A stretch of DNA of 64,000 nucleotides from Candidatus Bathyarchaeota archaeon (GCA_963768425.1 CAVYHV010000014.1:305530-369529), one strand, 5' to 3'; counted from the stretch's first letter, positions 17,731 to 29,879 are shown. Notes: generated by a model from the letters alone, not told the origin. Numbers and translations: made by a program.

Positions 17731-18789
17731 CTAAACTTCTATCTCTGAGTAGTCGCCTACATGCAACTTGATAGTTCTGTTCCTTTGGTTCTTTGTCACC
17801 TTTGCGTTTTTGCCAATCAAGCTGTCTTCCAGCCGCTCTATGCCTTTAACAGTAACGTTTTCTTGTATGACACAGTATTCGATGTTGGAGTTGACCACCT
17901 GCGAGCAGTTGCCAACGCTCGTGTACGGCCCGATGAAAGAGTTTTCAATCAAGGCCCCTCGCCCTATCACGCATGGTCCTCTAATGGTGCTGTCTGTCAC
18001 TTTGGCTTCTGGCTCAATCTTAACTCTGCCATCCAATGTACTGTTTTTTACCTCTCCTTTTACGTCAAGAGTGATGTATTCATCAAGGATTTTCGCGTTT
18101 GCAGATAGAATATCATCTTTTTTGCCTGTGTCAAGCCACCAAGAATTTAGGATTTCAGCTTTGACCTTGAACCCCATGTTTATCATTTCTTGGATGGCGT
18201 CAGTGATTTCCAACTCGCCCCGCCCAGAAGGCTTTATCCGTTCAATTGCCTGATGGACTTTGCCCGAGAACAGATAGGTGCCGATGATGGCAAGGTTACC
18301 CATCGGGGTTTTAGGTTTCTCAACGAGTTTGATGATGTTTCCTTTTTCGTCAAGTTGAGCTATCCCAAAACTCGACGGGTTATCAACCTCTTTGAGGATG
18401 ATAAGTGCATCAAGGTGTTCGTTTTTGAATTTCTTCACAAACGCGTTTAAACCTTGACCAGTAACGTTGTCGCCGAGGCACATGATAAAGGAATCTTGCC
18501 CCAAAAAACGTTTAGCAGTCCTGACTGCGTGTGCTAAACCAAGAGGCTCCTGAGGAATATAGGTAACATCGAGACCCCAAGCTGAACCGCCGTTAACGTA
18601 GTCCTTAACATACTGCCCAGTTTCCGGCGCAGTGATTATCCCGACTTTTTTTACGGCCGTTGCAGCCACTTGGTCAAGAACGTACCCCAAAATTGGTTTG
18701 TTAGCCACTGGAATAAGCTGTTTGGCGCAAGTGAAAGTTAAAGGCCTAAGCCTGGTGCCTTTTCCCCCGCTGAGAACAAGTGCCTTCAT
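17731..18789 (-). CDS. rfbA: Glucose-1-phosphate thymidylyltransferase (long form)
   Basis: LSGGKGTRLRPLT, KQLIPVANKP, PLGLAHAV, RGELEITDAI and WLDTG motifs; C-terminal hexapeptide region. Confidence 0.93.
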   Translation of the reverse strand: MKALVLSGGKGTRLRPLTFTCAKQLIPVANKPILGYVLDQVAATAVKKVGIITAPETGQYVKDYVNGGSAWGLDVTYIPQEPLGLAHAVRTAKRFLGQDSFIMCLGDNVTGQGLNAFVKKFKNEHLDALIILKEVDNPSSFGIAQLDEKGNIIKLVEKPKTPMGNLAIIGTYLFSGKVHQAIERIKPSGRGELEITDAIQEMINMGFKVKAEILNSWWLDTGKKDDILSANAKILDEYITLDVKGEVKNSTLDGRVKIEPEAKVTDSTIRGPCVIGRGALIENSFIGPYTSVGNCSQVVNSNIEYCVIQENVTVKGIERLEDSLIGKNAKVTKNQRNRTIKLHVGDYSEIEV

Positions 18790-18939
18790 GAATATCCCAA
18801 ACGCATATGGTTTTAACTATGACCTGCTTTTTCCACTTAAAGGTTATGTAAAATATTTCTTTGTGGTTACATTGACGCAATCACATAATCGTATTAACAT
18901 TAAAGAAGAATAACAACTTAGAGACCACTAATTTATCGG

Positions 18940-19138
18940 GTGAACGAAAACGCAAACCCAACTCAAACGTAAAGTCAACCATTATTTTGCGAACCTCACA
19001 AACAAATGTAAGTTCGCTGATTCATGTAGTTTATTCGCTAAATCAAACTACACCTGCACAAAGGACGGCGGAAGCTACTGCGGCAAATACAGAACACTGA
19101 CCAGAATGGCACGGAATAGTTCCGCCAAAACAAATTAA
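18940..19138 (+). CDS. Small Cys-rich protein (about 65 aa, needs one frameshift after the GTG start)
   Basis: Manual translation ...NKCKFADSCSLFAKSNYTCTKDGGSYCGKYRTLTR...TN*; not in the ORF track. Confidence 0.5.
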
Positions 19139-19195
19139 TGGAAATTCACTAAAAACCACTAAAGTAAACAAATCGCTCAAAAGAAATGTGGGAAC

Positions 19196-20818
19196 CTAAT
19201 TGCTTATTGGTTCATCCGATTTGGATGCGCCCATTAGTTTTTCCATAACTTTTAACAGAAAACGTAAGAGTCCACGAAGAGGCCCAAGCGCATCAGAGAT
19301 TTGGCGAAGAGTAGTTAGGTCGCCTCGATCGATGGTCCTGGTTGCTATCGCAGCCAAAACGAAGATTATCGGGAAAGCAATTACACCGATGACTAACTGT
19401 TGCAATGGTATTGAGACAAACCTGAACGCTGTCAAAGGCAGCTTCGAATTCAGAACGTAAATTGAAATGGCAGCTATGCCTGAAGAGAGCAAGATCTTAA
19501 CTGAAGACAACCAATCCACTGAAACACCGAATTTCTTCTTTAAAAAGCTTAAACCAACGAATAAGCTTGGAAAACCGACAGTTAAAGAAGCAGTAATTAG
19601 ACCTACTACGCCGAAGCTTCTAATCAGAAGGAAACCGACTGGAACACCAATGCCAACTTGAAGGACAGAAAGGCCCAAGTTGAATTTTGTGAAACCTTGT
19701 CCCAACAACAAGTTACTCATACTTAGACTTCCCAAAGCAGTGTAAAGGTAAGTTACTGAAAGCAACGCCAAAAACAATGGAGCCGAAGAATAACTGTTGT
19801 GATAAATGAATCCGACGCCGGGCTGCGCAAGAGCAATAACTAAGGCTGCAACTGGCACGACAATAAGCGAGGCAAACTTCACTGAATATTGAAAGACAGA
19901 TTTCAAGGTATCATGATCTTTTCGGTAGTCCAGTTTTGAGAAGGCGGGAAACAGCATGGTTGTAACAGGCGTAGCAAAGAAAGTTATTAGAATCGAGAAA
20001 TTAATAGCCAAGTTATAGTTTCCGATGAGGGCGTTGTTTGTTACATAAAATGCAAGTATGTAACTATAGAATACGGTTAGTAACCCGGTAAGTATGGCGC
20101 CAATCGAAACAGGTATACCATACCCCAACATGGTTTTGATTGTTGAAGAAACCTCAGTTCTTGTTGCTGATTTAGGTAACAACCTGTAAATGCTCCATAC
20201 CAGAATTACTCCAGCTAACCCCGCGATGAGAGCTGAAACGGTGTAACCAGTTATTGCACCAAGAGTTCCAAAACCTAAGAGCACAAGTCCGATTATCAAA
20301 CCCGTTTTGATTGTTGACTGAATTATCAGCATAAAACTGTAATACTGCATTATTTCCAGTCCAGTGAACGCGGCAGTTGCGGAGTTCACCAGCGCCCCAG
20401 CCAAAACAAAGAAGGATGCGATTTGAATTAACGGCACTATTGTTGGACGATGTAGGCTAGTGGCAATAAAAGGGGAAAGGAAAAATGAGAGGATAGAAAG
20501 CGACAAGCCAAGTGCAATCTCGAAAACTAAGCCCGAGACGATTATGCCTCTTATTTTTGCTTTGTCTTCAACGTTGTACTGCGCAGAATATTTAACCATA
20601 GCCGAGTTAACTCCACAATCTCGAAACGTGGCGATTAGGGTCGGCCCGACTATGGCTATTGAATATAAACCGTAGTTTTGTGCACCAAGAATGTAGGTAA
20701 TAACTAGGATGCCGACAAAAGAGATGACTGTGGAGGCAACTAAACCCCACATGAGGTTGAAACCGCCTTTTGCTGAAATCTTCGCCATCTCTGTACCTTT
20801 ACTCATGGTCTTTCCCAA
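19196..20818 (-). CDS. Oligosaccharide flippase (Wzx/MOP family)
   Basis: About 14 TMs; LGAQNYGLYS, IGNYNLA and LFPAFSK motifs; glycan-locus context. Confidence 0.85.
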   Translation of the reverse strand: MGKTMSKGTEMAKISAKGGFNLMWGLVASTVISFVGILVITYILGAQNYGLYSIAIVGPTLIATFRDCGVNSAMVKYSAQYNVEDKAKIRGIIVSGLVFEIALGLSLSILSFFLSPFIATSLHRPTIVPLIQIASFFVLAGALVNSATAAFTGLEIMQYYSFMLIIQSTIKTGLIIGLVLLGFGTLGAITGYTVSALIAGLAGVILVWSIYRLLPKSATRTEVSSTIKTMLGYGIPVSIGAILTGLLTVFYSYILAFYVTNNALIGNYNLAINFSILITFFATPVTTMLFPAFSKLDYRKDHDTLKSVFQYSVKFASLIVVPVAALVIALAQPGVGFIYHNSYSSAPLFLALLSVTYLYTALGSLSMSNLLLGQGFTKFNLGLSVLQVGIGVPVGFLLIRSFGVVGLITASLTVGFPSLFVGLSFLKKKFGVSVDWLSSVKILLSSGIAAISIYVLNSKLPLTAFRFVSIPLQQLVIGVIAFPIIFVLAAIATRTIDRGDLTTLRQISDALGPLRGLLRFLLKVMEKLMGASKSDEPISN

Positions 20819-21011
20819 GTTTGCTCGTAAATGTAAAGTTAAACTATCGATGAGGAGTGCTTGCGTTTATCGCTTTTGGTTCAATGCGCCAAATCCAAAG
20901 TGCAGAAAACGATCTCATTAATTTGCGAGGGCAACTAACTGAGCTTACAGAACGTTTTTTCTGAGATTTTCAGGCATCCAAGGTTGAATATGAAATGGCA
21001 CTTGACTTGCG

Positions 21012-22356
21012 TTAGTTGCCTAAGCCTATGGCAACAAACTTGAGCTTTTTGCTGTATTTCTCAGGGTCATACATCCTTCTTCCGTCCACAAGTATGGGCT
21101 GCTTCATATTTTCTACGTAGTCTTCAGGAGTCAGTTTTTTGAATTCACTCCATTCGGTGACGATTATCGCGCAGTCCGCTTTTTTGATACAGTCAAGCGC
21201 CGAAGAAGCGTAGTGGATTTTGCCCTTAAAAATCGATTTTGCGGTTTGCGAAGCAACTGGGTCATAGGCCGAAACGTGTGCCCCTTCTTTTAGCAACTGG
21301 TTTATTATGGGTACAACTCGGGCTTCTCTCATGTCGTCGGTGTCGGGTTTAAATGCCAAACCCAAGATGGCTATTTTCTTGCCTCCCAAACTGCCCAATT
21401 GCTGTATGCAGAATTCTACGGCTTTAAGAGGTTGCGTGTGGTTTATGTTTTCAACTGATTCCAAAAGTTCAGGAGTGTAGCCTAAGTTTTTTGAGCAGGC
21501 AATCAGGGCTTTCACGTCTTTGGGGAAGCATGAGCCGCCGTAGCCTAAGCCTGCGTCGAGGAATAGGGGTCCGATGCGTTTGTCTAAACCCATGGCTGCC
21601 GCCACCATTTTAACGTCTGCAGCCCGGAATTTTTTCGCAAATGTTAGCTATTGTATTGATGAAACTGATTTTTGTGGCTAACATTGCGTTGCTCGCATAT
21701 TTGATAAGTTCAGCCGTAGATAGGGTGGTTCTAATCAACGGGGGCATCTTGCCACTGTAAAAGTCTCTGTATAAATCTTCCAAAGTGTCGCCTGACCTTT
21801 CATCATACGACCCTATAACGACGCGGTCAGCCTTTACAGTGTCTTCAAACGCGGAGCCTTGGCGCAAGAACTCTGGGTTCATGCATAAACCAAACTGTGT
21901 TCCGCAGGTTTTGAGTGATTCTTTTTCAATTATGGGTTTCACGGTGTTTTGGGTCGTTCCGGGGATAACCGTGCTTTTGATTACAGTGACTTGGTAATTG
22001 TTTTTCTTTTTTAATCCCTTGCCTATATCGTGTGCGGCTGATTCTATGAATTTGAGGTCGATGCATCCATCTTCCTTGCTCGGGGTTCCAACCGTTACAA
22101 AAGTCAAGTCTGAATCAATGACTGCTTTTTCAGTTTGATTAACAACGCATTACAAATTGCCGCTTTCAACGCTCGCTTTAAGTTTTTCTTGAAGACCAGG
22201 CTCATGAAAGGGTGGGATTCCCTGATTGATTTTTCTTGCTTTTTCCTCGTCTACTTCGCAGGCGGTAACTTTGTAGCCTTTGCTTGAAAACCCCACTGCC
22301 GTACATAAGCCCACATAGCCTGCGCCAATGACGGAGATTTTTGGTTTGTTTTTCAA
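21012..22356 (-). CDS. ugd: UDP-glucose/GDP-mannose 6-dehydrogenase (apparent frameshifts)
   Basis: IGAGYVGL, VGTPS, NPEFLRQG, AELIKYASN, GYGGSCFPKD and GLAFKPDTDDMRE across three ORFs. Confidence 0.9.
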
Positions 22357-22448
22357 GATGTAAGCCTCGGATGGAGCTTAATTTGAATTTAATATTCAGA
22401 TTAAATATATATGGGTTCATGATTAAAGAGAAGGCAAAGGGTGAAGCT

Positions 22449-23319
22449 GTGATCCGTAAGGTCATCGTCCCAGCTGCAGGATTAGGCACACGGCTGTTTC
22501 CTGCAACGAAAGAACAACCTAAAGAGATGTTGCCGATCTTCACAAATACACCTCAAGGCGATTTGGTAGTGAAGCCTGTTGTGCAAATGGTTTTTGAGCA
22601 GTTGTATGATGCTGGGCTGCGTGAGTTTTGTTATGTTGTCGGCAGAGGCAAACGCGGCATAGAAGACCATTTCACCCCTGACGCAGCACTGCATCAGAAC
22701 ACTGGAAAGCCTAGGGAAAAACGGACAGGCTTCTGATCTTGAAAGTTTCTATAGCAAACTCAATTCTTCCACAGCTATGTGGGTTAATCAGCCTGAGCCT
22801 AAAGGGTTTCGGCAATGCAGTTCTGATGGCTCAACCATTCGTTGAGAAAGAAAGTTGCCTGGTTCATGCAGGAGACAGCTGCATAATTTCGAAAGACATG
22901 GATTACGTGAAAAAGTTGCTTGACGCCTTTGAGCGGTTCAACGCAGATGCTGCCTTCCTGGTTTTGGACATTGAGAATCCAAAACAATACGGAATAGTTG
23001 AAGGCGAAGAGGTAGAACCTGGAATAATCCGAGTTAAGTCAGTGACCGAGAAACCTGAGAAACCCAAGACACACTGGGCAATCATGGCCATGTACGCTTT
23101 TCACCAGTAATCTTCAAAGCCTTAGAAATGACAAAGCCTGGAAAGAATGGTGAAATCCAGCTAACCGATGCAATCCAGAAACTAATTGACTCAGATTCTA
23201 AGGTTTACGCAGTTAAACTTGACAGCAGCTACTCTCATTTAGATATTGGCAGTCCAGAAAGATACTGGCAAGCTTTAGAGTTGTCACACCAACACTTTTG
23301 CAAGAGACCAAACCCATGA
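22449..23319 (+). CDS. galU: UTP-glucose-1-phosphate uridylyltransferase (apparent frameshifts)
   Basis: VPAAGLGTRLFPATKEQPKEMLP, KGFGNAV, EKP and GEIQLTDAI motifs. Confidence 0.85.
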
Positions 23320-24325
23320 TGGACAACATAATCAGGGAAGACCTTGAAAAGATAAAGGAAGCAGTCAAGGGAGATGCTTTCGACGAGAAGAGAGTACTTG
23401 TCACTGGTGGAGCTGGGTTCATCGGCAGTTGGCTCTGTGATGCCCTGCTCTGTTTTGGCGCTAATGTTACTGCGGTTGACGATTTGTCCACGGGAAGACT
23501 GAAAAACATTAAACATCTAAACGAAAAAGATACTTTTCAGTTTGTTAAGTCGGATGTTTGCTCGTTCAAATCCAAAGAGAAATTCGATTTCATTTTTCAC
23601 ATGGCTGGACACGCATCCCCTGACGAATATCAAACCCACCCAATTGAGACCCTGCAAACCAGCGCTTCTGGAAGCTTTGCCATGGCTGAGCTTGCAAGAA
23701 AAAATCAAGCCACATTGCTGTTCGCTTCAACCTCCGAAGTTTACGGGGACTCAGAAGTTATTCCCACGCCCGAAACTTATTGGGGAAAAGTTAACCCGAT
23801 AGGTCCCCGGTCTTGTTACGATGAAGGAAAACGTTTCGCAGAGGCTCTTCTTATCGCATATAGCAAGCAATACAAGCTTGATGTGGTGATTCCAAGAATT
23901 TTTAATACTTATGGTCCTCGCTTGCGAGAGGATGGCTTATATGGCAGGGCAATGTCACGATTTATTCTGCAGCTTAACCAATCAGCCCATCACAGTTTAT
24001 GGCGACGGGAAGCAGACCCGGTCTTTTTGCTACGTAACTGATACTGTAACAGCGTTGATGTTATTGATGCGCATGCCCGAAGGCCAAAAGTGAGGTTATT
24101 AATGTTGGCAACACAATTGAAATTACAATACTTGAGTTAGCAAATAAAGTTCAGAAAGCAACAAAATGCAAGTCAAGCATAGAATTCCATGCGTTGCCGA
24201 AAGATGACCCGAAAAGGCGTTGCCCAGACACAGGCAAACTCCAGAAAACACTTGGGTGGAAACCAAATGTTAGTTTTTCAGAAGGGTTAAAAAGAACAAT
24301 AGCGTGGTTTTCGAAGAAGAATTAA
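23316..24325 (+). CDS. UDP-glucuronate decarboxylase/UDP-xylose synthase (apparent frameshifts)
   Basis: [57 protein letters not shown] and DDPKRRCPD motifs. Confidence 0.88.
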
Positions 24326-24524
24326 GGTTCTCTCCAAAACATTCGCATAAATATTGGGTGATTTTAGTTTTTACCGCGCAATTCACCACTAAAGAAATAA
24401 TATTAGTGAACGGAGATTTTAGTGGGGCAATACTTTTGCCAGTACTAGTGACAGTATTGACATTAGAACTGAAAACACAAGGCATATAAAGGGAGCACAA
24501 TATGAAAAGAATAGGTTTCGAAAT

Positions 24525-25343
24525 TTGGGAAAATTTGATTCGCCCATGCAGAAAGCTTTTCTTGCACTAAGACACCCCTCTGCTGCCTACCAAAGATTGG
24601 GTTATCGCATAGATGGAATAAAAGAAAAAGGACACAAGGGGCGAATTCATGAATACCAAAAATATATTCAAGAAGAAAAAGATGCAATGATTATCCTAAC
24701 CGGATTTACCCCAGAAACAATAAGCCGAGCATTCACCGATTTTGAAAAAGAAACGGAGTTTTCAAATAATATAGATAAGGCGCTCGATTACGGCTATGAC
24801 TTAATGAAGGGAGGAATATCAGAGGCAGGAAACATATCGCTAATTGAACGCCGAATACTTTTCGTATTATGCAGACTAAGCAAACCCGATATCGTGCTAG
24901 AAACGGGCGTTGCAAACGGCATATCCTCTGCTTACATCTTAGAAGCGTTAGAAGATAATGAGAGAGGCAAATTATCATCGATAGACTTACCGTCTGTTGC
25001 GTTGACAACAATTTTTCACAGAAATGTTGGCTGGATTGTGCCCGAACAATTAAGATATAGATGGAATTTGACTTTAGGCAAAAGTTCGAAAATATTGCCA
25101 ACTATGCTCCTCAAACTACAAAAAATAGATTTCTTCTTCCATGACAGTAACCACAGCTATAACAATATGATGTTTGAGTTAAAAACGACTTGGCCCTTCA
25201 TAAGGGATGGTGGAATAGTAGCATGTGATGACGCAGTTGAACGTGATGCATTCTTGGATTTCTCTGATTCCGTCAGATTAAAACCTGTAATTTTTGATGG
25301 CACAAATACTGGAGCAATTAGAAAGTTGAACGCCAACCAATAG
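24525..25343 (+). CDS. Class I SAM methyltransferase (Methyltransf_24-like)
   Basis: VLETGVANGISS, SIDLP, FFHDSNHSY and GGIVACDD motifs. Confidence 0.8.
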   Translation: MGKFDSPMQKAFLALRHPSAAYQRLGYRIDGIKEKGHKGRIHEYQKYIQEEKDAMIILTGFTPETISRAFTDFEKETEFSNNIDKALDYGYDLMKGGISEAGNISLIERRILFVLCRLSKPDIVLETGVANGISSAYILEALEDNERGKLSSIDLPSVALTTIFHRNVGWIVPEQLRYRWNLTLGKSSKILPTMLLKLQKIDFFFHDSNHSYNNMMFELKTTWPFIRDGGIVACDDAVERDAFLDFSDSVRLKPVIFDGTNTGAIRKLNANQ

Positions 25344-25489
25344 AATTATTAATGAAAAAAATCCAGATTCCATTTTCTAAATTTTCTGCGTTTTTTGGAG
25401 TGAATCCTAAGAACTGCAACCAAAAGCTACTTGAGAGAGTGACCGTTTTCTTCTCAAAGCAATTATTTTGATTAATAGTTACAAAAAGA

Positions 25490-27946
25490 TCAGTTGTTTG
25501 CTTTATCTTTCTTTACGTGTTTTTTGTAGACGTATGTTATTTTGTTTTTGCTCAAGTATGTAGTGCAAATAATCAGTGACGTTATTGATATTGCCGCGCC
25601 TGCATAGAACAAATTTTGGGGGGTAAACTCTAAAGTTATTGTGAATGTCCCTGCTTTGTCAATATACCATCCATTGGCGTATCCATTAGCTGTAAAATGG
25701 TCTTGATCGGGTATTTGTTGTCCATTGATGGTTGCAACCCAGCCGCTGTCAAAAGATTCGCTGAAGACGAGGTAAAATGGTTTTGAAGAGTTTACATGGA
25801 CTATGTATTGGGTCGGCTGGATCTTTTCGTAGATTATGGAAGTCTCGTTTGCATGGTTCTGAACGAATACTGTGCTCATCGGAAGAGTTGAAATTTGCTG
25901 AGCACTAAGTTGACTGGAGAGGGCAATAACAGAGTCGTTGGGATTAAAGTCGCTCTCCGCAATTTGTATTGATTGATTCAAGTCCACATCAGATAGAATA
26001 GTCGTTGACGCGGAATAAACCTCCTCAGGTTGCCAATAGGAGTTTTTGTAGAAAAGAAGTTGTCCAAATGTCTTTTCAAGAGTCAACGCGCCACTCGAGC
26101 TTAAAATCGATTGAAACTGATCAGGCGAAGTTGATATCCATGATGTATTATTTTCCACATACAGCCAATTTGTGTCTTCTTGGAAAAGAACGTATTTAAC
26201 ATTCATTAAAGCCAATATTTTACTCGCTGCTGTGGTTTGGTTATCAATTATTAGTTGCGCTGCTAAGCCAGCTATTCCGTTGCCAACTGCTGATGAGGCT
26301 ATAACTGCCTTCGAACCCAACCAATCGACAGGATACGGTCCGTCGTATCCACCATTTGCCCATTTTAGTTCAGCATACCCGAGGGTGGAAAGTGGCAGAA
26401 TGAGTATGTTGAAATCTGATTGATCGGTTGCAAGCCAATTACTGGCAATTTGATAGTAAGGTGGCATTTGATATCTGTTAGATTGTATTACTTGAGTGCC
26501 AGGTCTGATAACATCTCCAGTCCATAAGGGAAAAGCATAAACACCTACTATCAAAAAGAGAATGACAATTATTGGAGCGGCACTTAATATTTGTCGCGAA
26601 ACATGTCGAAATCTATTGAGACTATGGTTTATCCTTCTGAAAAGTTCTGTGAGCGTATAGCCGATTAGGAAGGCGTAAGTGAGGGCAAGATACATCCCGA
26701 ATCTGTAGTAAGGGGTATCGAAAAACGCGTTAAATAGTGGTATTCGCGAATATATCCAATTTCCTACAGGAGAATATGCACCGTTGATGAGCAGCAGACT
26801 TATTACTACAGAAAATGCGAAAAAAAGAACGTGTTTATCTTTTGGTCTCATCAATAATGGAATTGATACTAAAAATGGTAACAAGAAGCTTACAATAATT
26901 GGAAGAGGAGTCTGATATGTTGATGCCCAGATGAAATATGCATCGCCTCTATAACCTGAATTCAGACCCCAATATCCAAGAAGACGAATTGCCCCGATTA
27001 CTGGAGCGCTATTTAACTTTACTGCCGATAGAAAAGAAACTCCCATGCTGCTGTATGAGCTTGTGACATATGCGAGGACATGTGTGGAAAAATATGCATC
27101 AGGAATAAGCCAATAAAGGTTTAATGAAATCCATGTTAAAAAAAATACTGCTGTGAATTTTAATGCTGAAAAAAAGGCTATTTTGGTGGGGTTAACCAAA
27201 ACATAAAATATCAAGTACATTAACAGAGGCAACAAAGTCAAAGGGACATATGAGGGGTCACCAAACATAGATGTGGCGAGCAGCATAACAAAAGCAGCAA
27301 TTATCGCGAACTTGACGTTTTTCTTTTCATTCAAGCCTTTAACAAAAATAGCGAGAATTAATGGAAGCAAAGCATAAATCATGAAACTTGTTGTTCGCAA
27401 AGGCAGTATTGTGATTGCAACGTAAGGGTTCAGCATGTAAAAAATGCCCGAGATCAAACCAGCAAGATGTTTAAGCTTAACAGTAGTATTTCTTAACAGC
27501 GTAATAGTCAAATAGTACATGGATAAACCGCCGATTGTGAAGACGCCATAGAAAAGTATCTGTTCGGTAACTGACAAAGAAAGACCTATGATTTCAGAAA
27601 AGGCAAAATACGACCACACCGGGAATGTGAGTGCGCACACGCGGGGATTGGCACTGCCAAGTGACCTAGAATCCCAAACGTAAAAATTTGCTGTAAAACT
27701 TCTGAGCCTATCAAGCGGCATTGAAAAATCGCCCGCTGATATTAAGTATTCTCCACGAAACCAAGAGATAGAAAGGAGGCCGATAAGCCCAATAATTAAT
27801 AAAGCAATAAAAGAACCCGAGTGCACATGGAGATACCGTCTAAAGGGATTAGAAAACGTCTCATTTTTCTTAGATAAAAGGCCTTGAACTCTTGCAGTGG
27901 AAGCTTCAATGTCAAGCGTAAAATAGCCCCTCTTATCTTTTACCAA
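25490..27946 (-). CDS. Large polytopic membrane protein, GT-C/AftD(DUF3367)/YfhO-like
   Basis: Many TMs; GDFSMP, FYMLNPY, NLYWLIP and YAFPLWTG; C-terminal LVFSESFDSGW...HFTANGYANGWYI. Confidence 0.65.
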   Translation of the reverse strand: MVKDKRGYFTLDIEASTARVQGLLSKKNETFSNPFRRYLHVHSGSFIALLIIGLIGLLSISWFRGEYLISAGDFSMPLDRLRSFTANFYVWDSRSLGSANPRVCALTFPVWSYFAFSEIIGLSLSVTEQILFYGVFTIGGLSMYYLTITLLRNTTVKLKHLAGLISGIFYMLNPYVAITILPLRTTSFMIYALLPLILAIFVKGLNEKKNVKFAIIAAFVMLLATSMFGDPSYVPLTLLPLLMYLIFYVLVNPTKIAFFSALKFTAVFFLTWISLNLYWLIPDAYFSTHVLAYVTSSYSSMGVSFLSAVKLNSAPVIGAIRLLGYWGLNSGYRGDAYFIWASTYQTPLPIIVSFLLPFLVSIPLLMRPKDKHVLFFAFSVVISLLLINGAYSPVGNWIYSRIPLFNAFFDTPYYRFGMYLALTYAFLIGYTLTELFRRINHSLNRFRHVSRQILSAAPIIVILFLIVGVYAFPLWTGDVIRPGTQVIQSNRYQMPPYYQIASNWLATDQSDFNILILPLSTLGYAELKWANGGYDGPYPVDWLGSKAVIASSAVGNGIAGLAAQLIIDNQTTAASKILALMNVKYVLFQEDTNWLYVENNTSWISTSPDQFQSILSSSGALTLEKTFGQLLFYKNSYWQPEEVYSASTTILSDVDLNQSIQIAESDFNPNDSVIALSSQLSAQQISTLPMSTVFVQNHANETSIIYEKIQPTQYIVHVNSSKPFYLVFSESFDSGWVATINGQQIPDQDHFTANGYANGWYIDKAGTFTITLEFTPQNLFYAGAAISITSLIICTTYLSKNKITYVYKKHVKKDKANN

Positions 27947-28469
27947 CTTAACACTTTCAGCTTATATTTATCAATTCCGAGCAACTAGTACCTTAATTCC
28001 AAAAAAAGGCGCAACAAGTAGCATGAAATAAAATATTGTTATTATAACTAAAACCATTGCAATTGCCACAAAAAATACATTCTCCGCGGATTTTGAAAAC
28101 CTTTCGTACTCTCAGTTATTTTTATTCAGCTCTTTAGTGGTTTTTGGGCAATTATCCTCTCTGGGATGAGGAAAAATACCAAAGGGGCGCTCTCAACAAT
28201 AACCTTTCCGAGGATAACAAGACAGGAGTTGACAAATTCCAAAAACTTTGTAGTACTTAAGTTGGCAAAAACTATGAAATCATGCCTGTTTTTTCTACGT
28301 TCAAAACTCTAAAACCTTGCTCTTCCAACATATGAACAAATTTCTGATTCGTTTTAATAATAATTTATGGTGTCCCTAATCTAAAAAGGGTGGCTATATT
28401 CTTAATCAACCCATTTAATAACTAGATTTTGAGCAGCAAAATGCCCTTTTCCGTCCAATCACCGGAGCG

Positions 28470-29506
28470 TTATTCTGCCCAATTACGTATCCACCAACTG
28501 AAGTAACAAGTGCAATTTTTACATAAAGGTATCATGTTAAAATCTCCATTAATGTGTATTTTCCTATATTTTTTCAGCTTTTCGCCCGTCCACACTTGGC
28601 GTATTGATTCATTATTCAAATCGCCTATTATCATCCTATCATCATAATCAATGCAGCACAAAGGCACTCTTCCATCCCAAGAAACTACAAGTTCCGTCCA
28701 TAAGAGTCGGCAGGGAGTAATTCGTCTCGTGAAATGCTTTTCCGTTTTTATCTCAGCGTTGCCAGACCAATCATGAGTATTTGAAATCCAGACTTGACCG
28801 TGTTTCTTCCATTCTTTTACAAAATCTTTAACTTGGTTCTTGTTTTCGTCTATACAACAAAAATTTATCACGATTGCGGGTTTTTCTGTTTTCTAGCATT
28901 CTTAAGTTCAACAAGCCGATTTATGTTATTTTTGACTATATCATAATTAAGCCCTTTTCTAATCTTCTCATAAATCTCTTTGGTGTTAGAATCAAGACTG
29001 ATGTAAATTCGATCTAAACCAGACTCTAAAATTTCATTTGCGGTCTCTTTTGTCAAAAGTGAGGCATTAGTATTAGTTGAAACAACTTCAATCCCTGCCC
29101 TCTTGGCATAAGCAACTTTTTGAGAAAAATATGGATCTAGCAAAGGTTCACCAAACCTATAAATCGCGACTTCCTTCACTTTTAGATCTACGCAATCTGC
29201 AATTATTTTCTTAAATAAGGAAAAATCCATAAAGCCTATCTTTCGAGTCAATTTGTCGCGGACGCAAAATACGCAATGAGCGTTGCAAGCATTTGTATTT
29301 TCAATAATTACTTTAACAGGTCCATCCTTTTGAGATAACATAATTTGTTTCATTTGTTTTTTGTAGAAATTTGCGTAAACTGGGTTTTTGTTCAAAGCTG
29401 GAGAATTGAGGAAAACAGAGACAAATTTGTTAAGCTGAGAACGAGACTTTGTTAGATCTATTACTTTATTTGTTATCTTAGTTTTTGTGGTCATTTTAAA
29501 TTCCAT
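28470..29506 (-). CDS. Radical SAM protein with SPASM/Twitch domain (one apparent frameshift near 28870)
   Basis: CNAHCVFC, FGEPLL and STNTNA motifs; C-terminal CRLLW...DGRVPLCCID...CKNC. Confidence 0.85.
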
Positions 29507-29879
29507 ACGTATCAGTGTCTTTCGGATTAAAAACTTCGTTCACAATGGACAAAAGATACATATCGTCGTTGCCAATATTTTGTAGCGTATGTGCTATATA
29601 TGGCTGTATTTCGACTGATGATGGATTTTCATCCGACAAAATTAGTTCTTTTGTTTCTTTCGTATTGATATCTTCAAGCGTCAGCTTTGCCACTCCTTTA
29701 ATTACACAAAACCATTCAACCTTTCTCTTATGGTAATGTTTTCCCCTAAAAGCATTGGGTTTAGATGTGGAAAAGTGTATGTGTTTTATTTCCTCTTTGA
29801 TAAAGTCGCTTCTCAATACTTCTATAAGGTATCCTCGTTCATCTTCATGTTTCATAATTGCTCTTACATTAATTTGCAT
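29496..29879 (-). CDS. Cupin sugar epimerase (WxcM-like/CapF C-terminal-like)
   Basis: HEDERG, RGKHYHKRKVEWF, IAHTLQNIG and NEVFNPKDTDT motifs. Confidence 0.8.
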   Translation of the reverse strand: MQINVRAIMKHEDERGYLIEVLRSDFIKEEIKHIHFSTSKPNAFRGKHYHKRKVEWFCVIKGVAKLTLEDINTKETKELILSDENPSSVEIQPYIAHTLQNIGNDDMYLLSIVNEVFNPKDTDTYGI

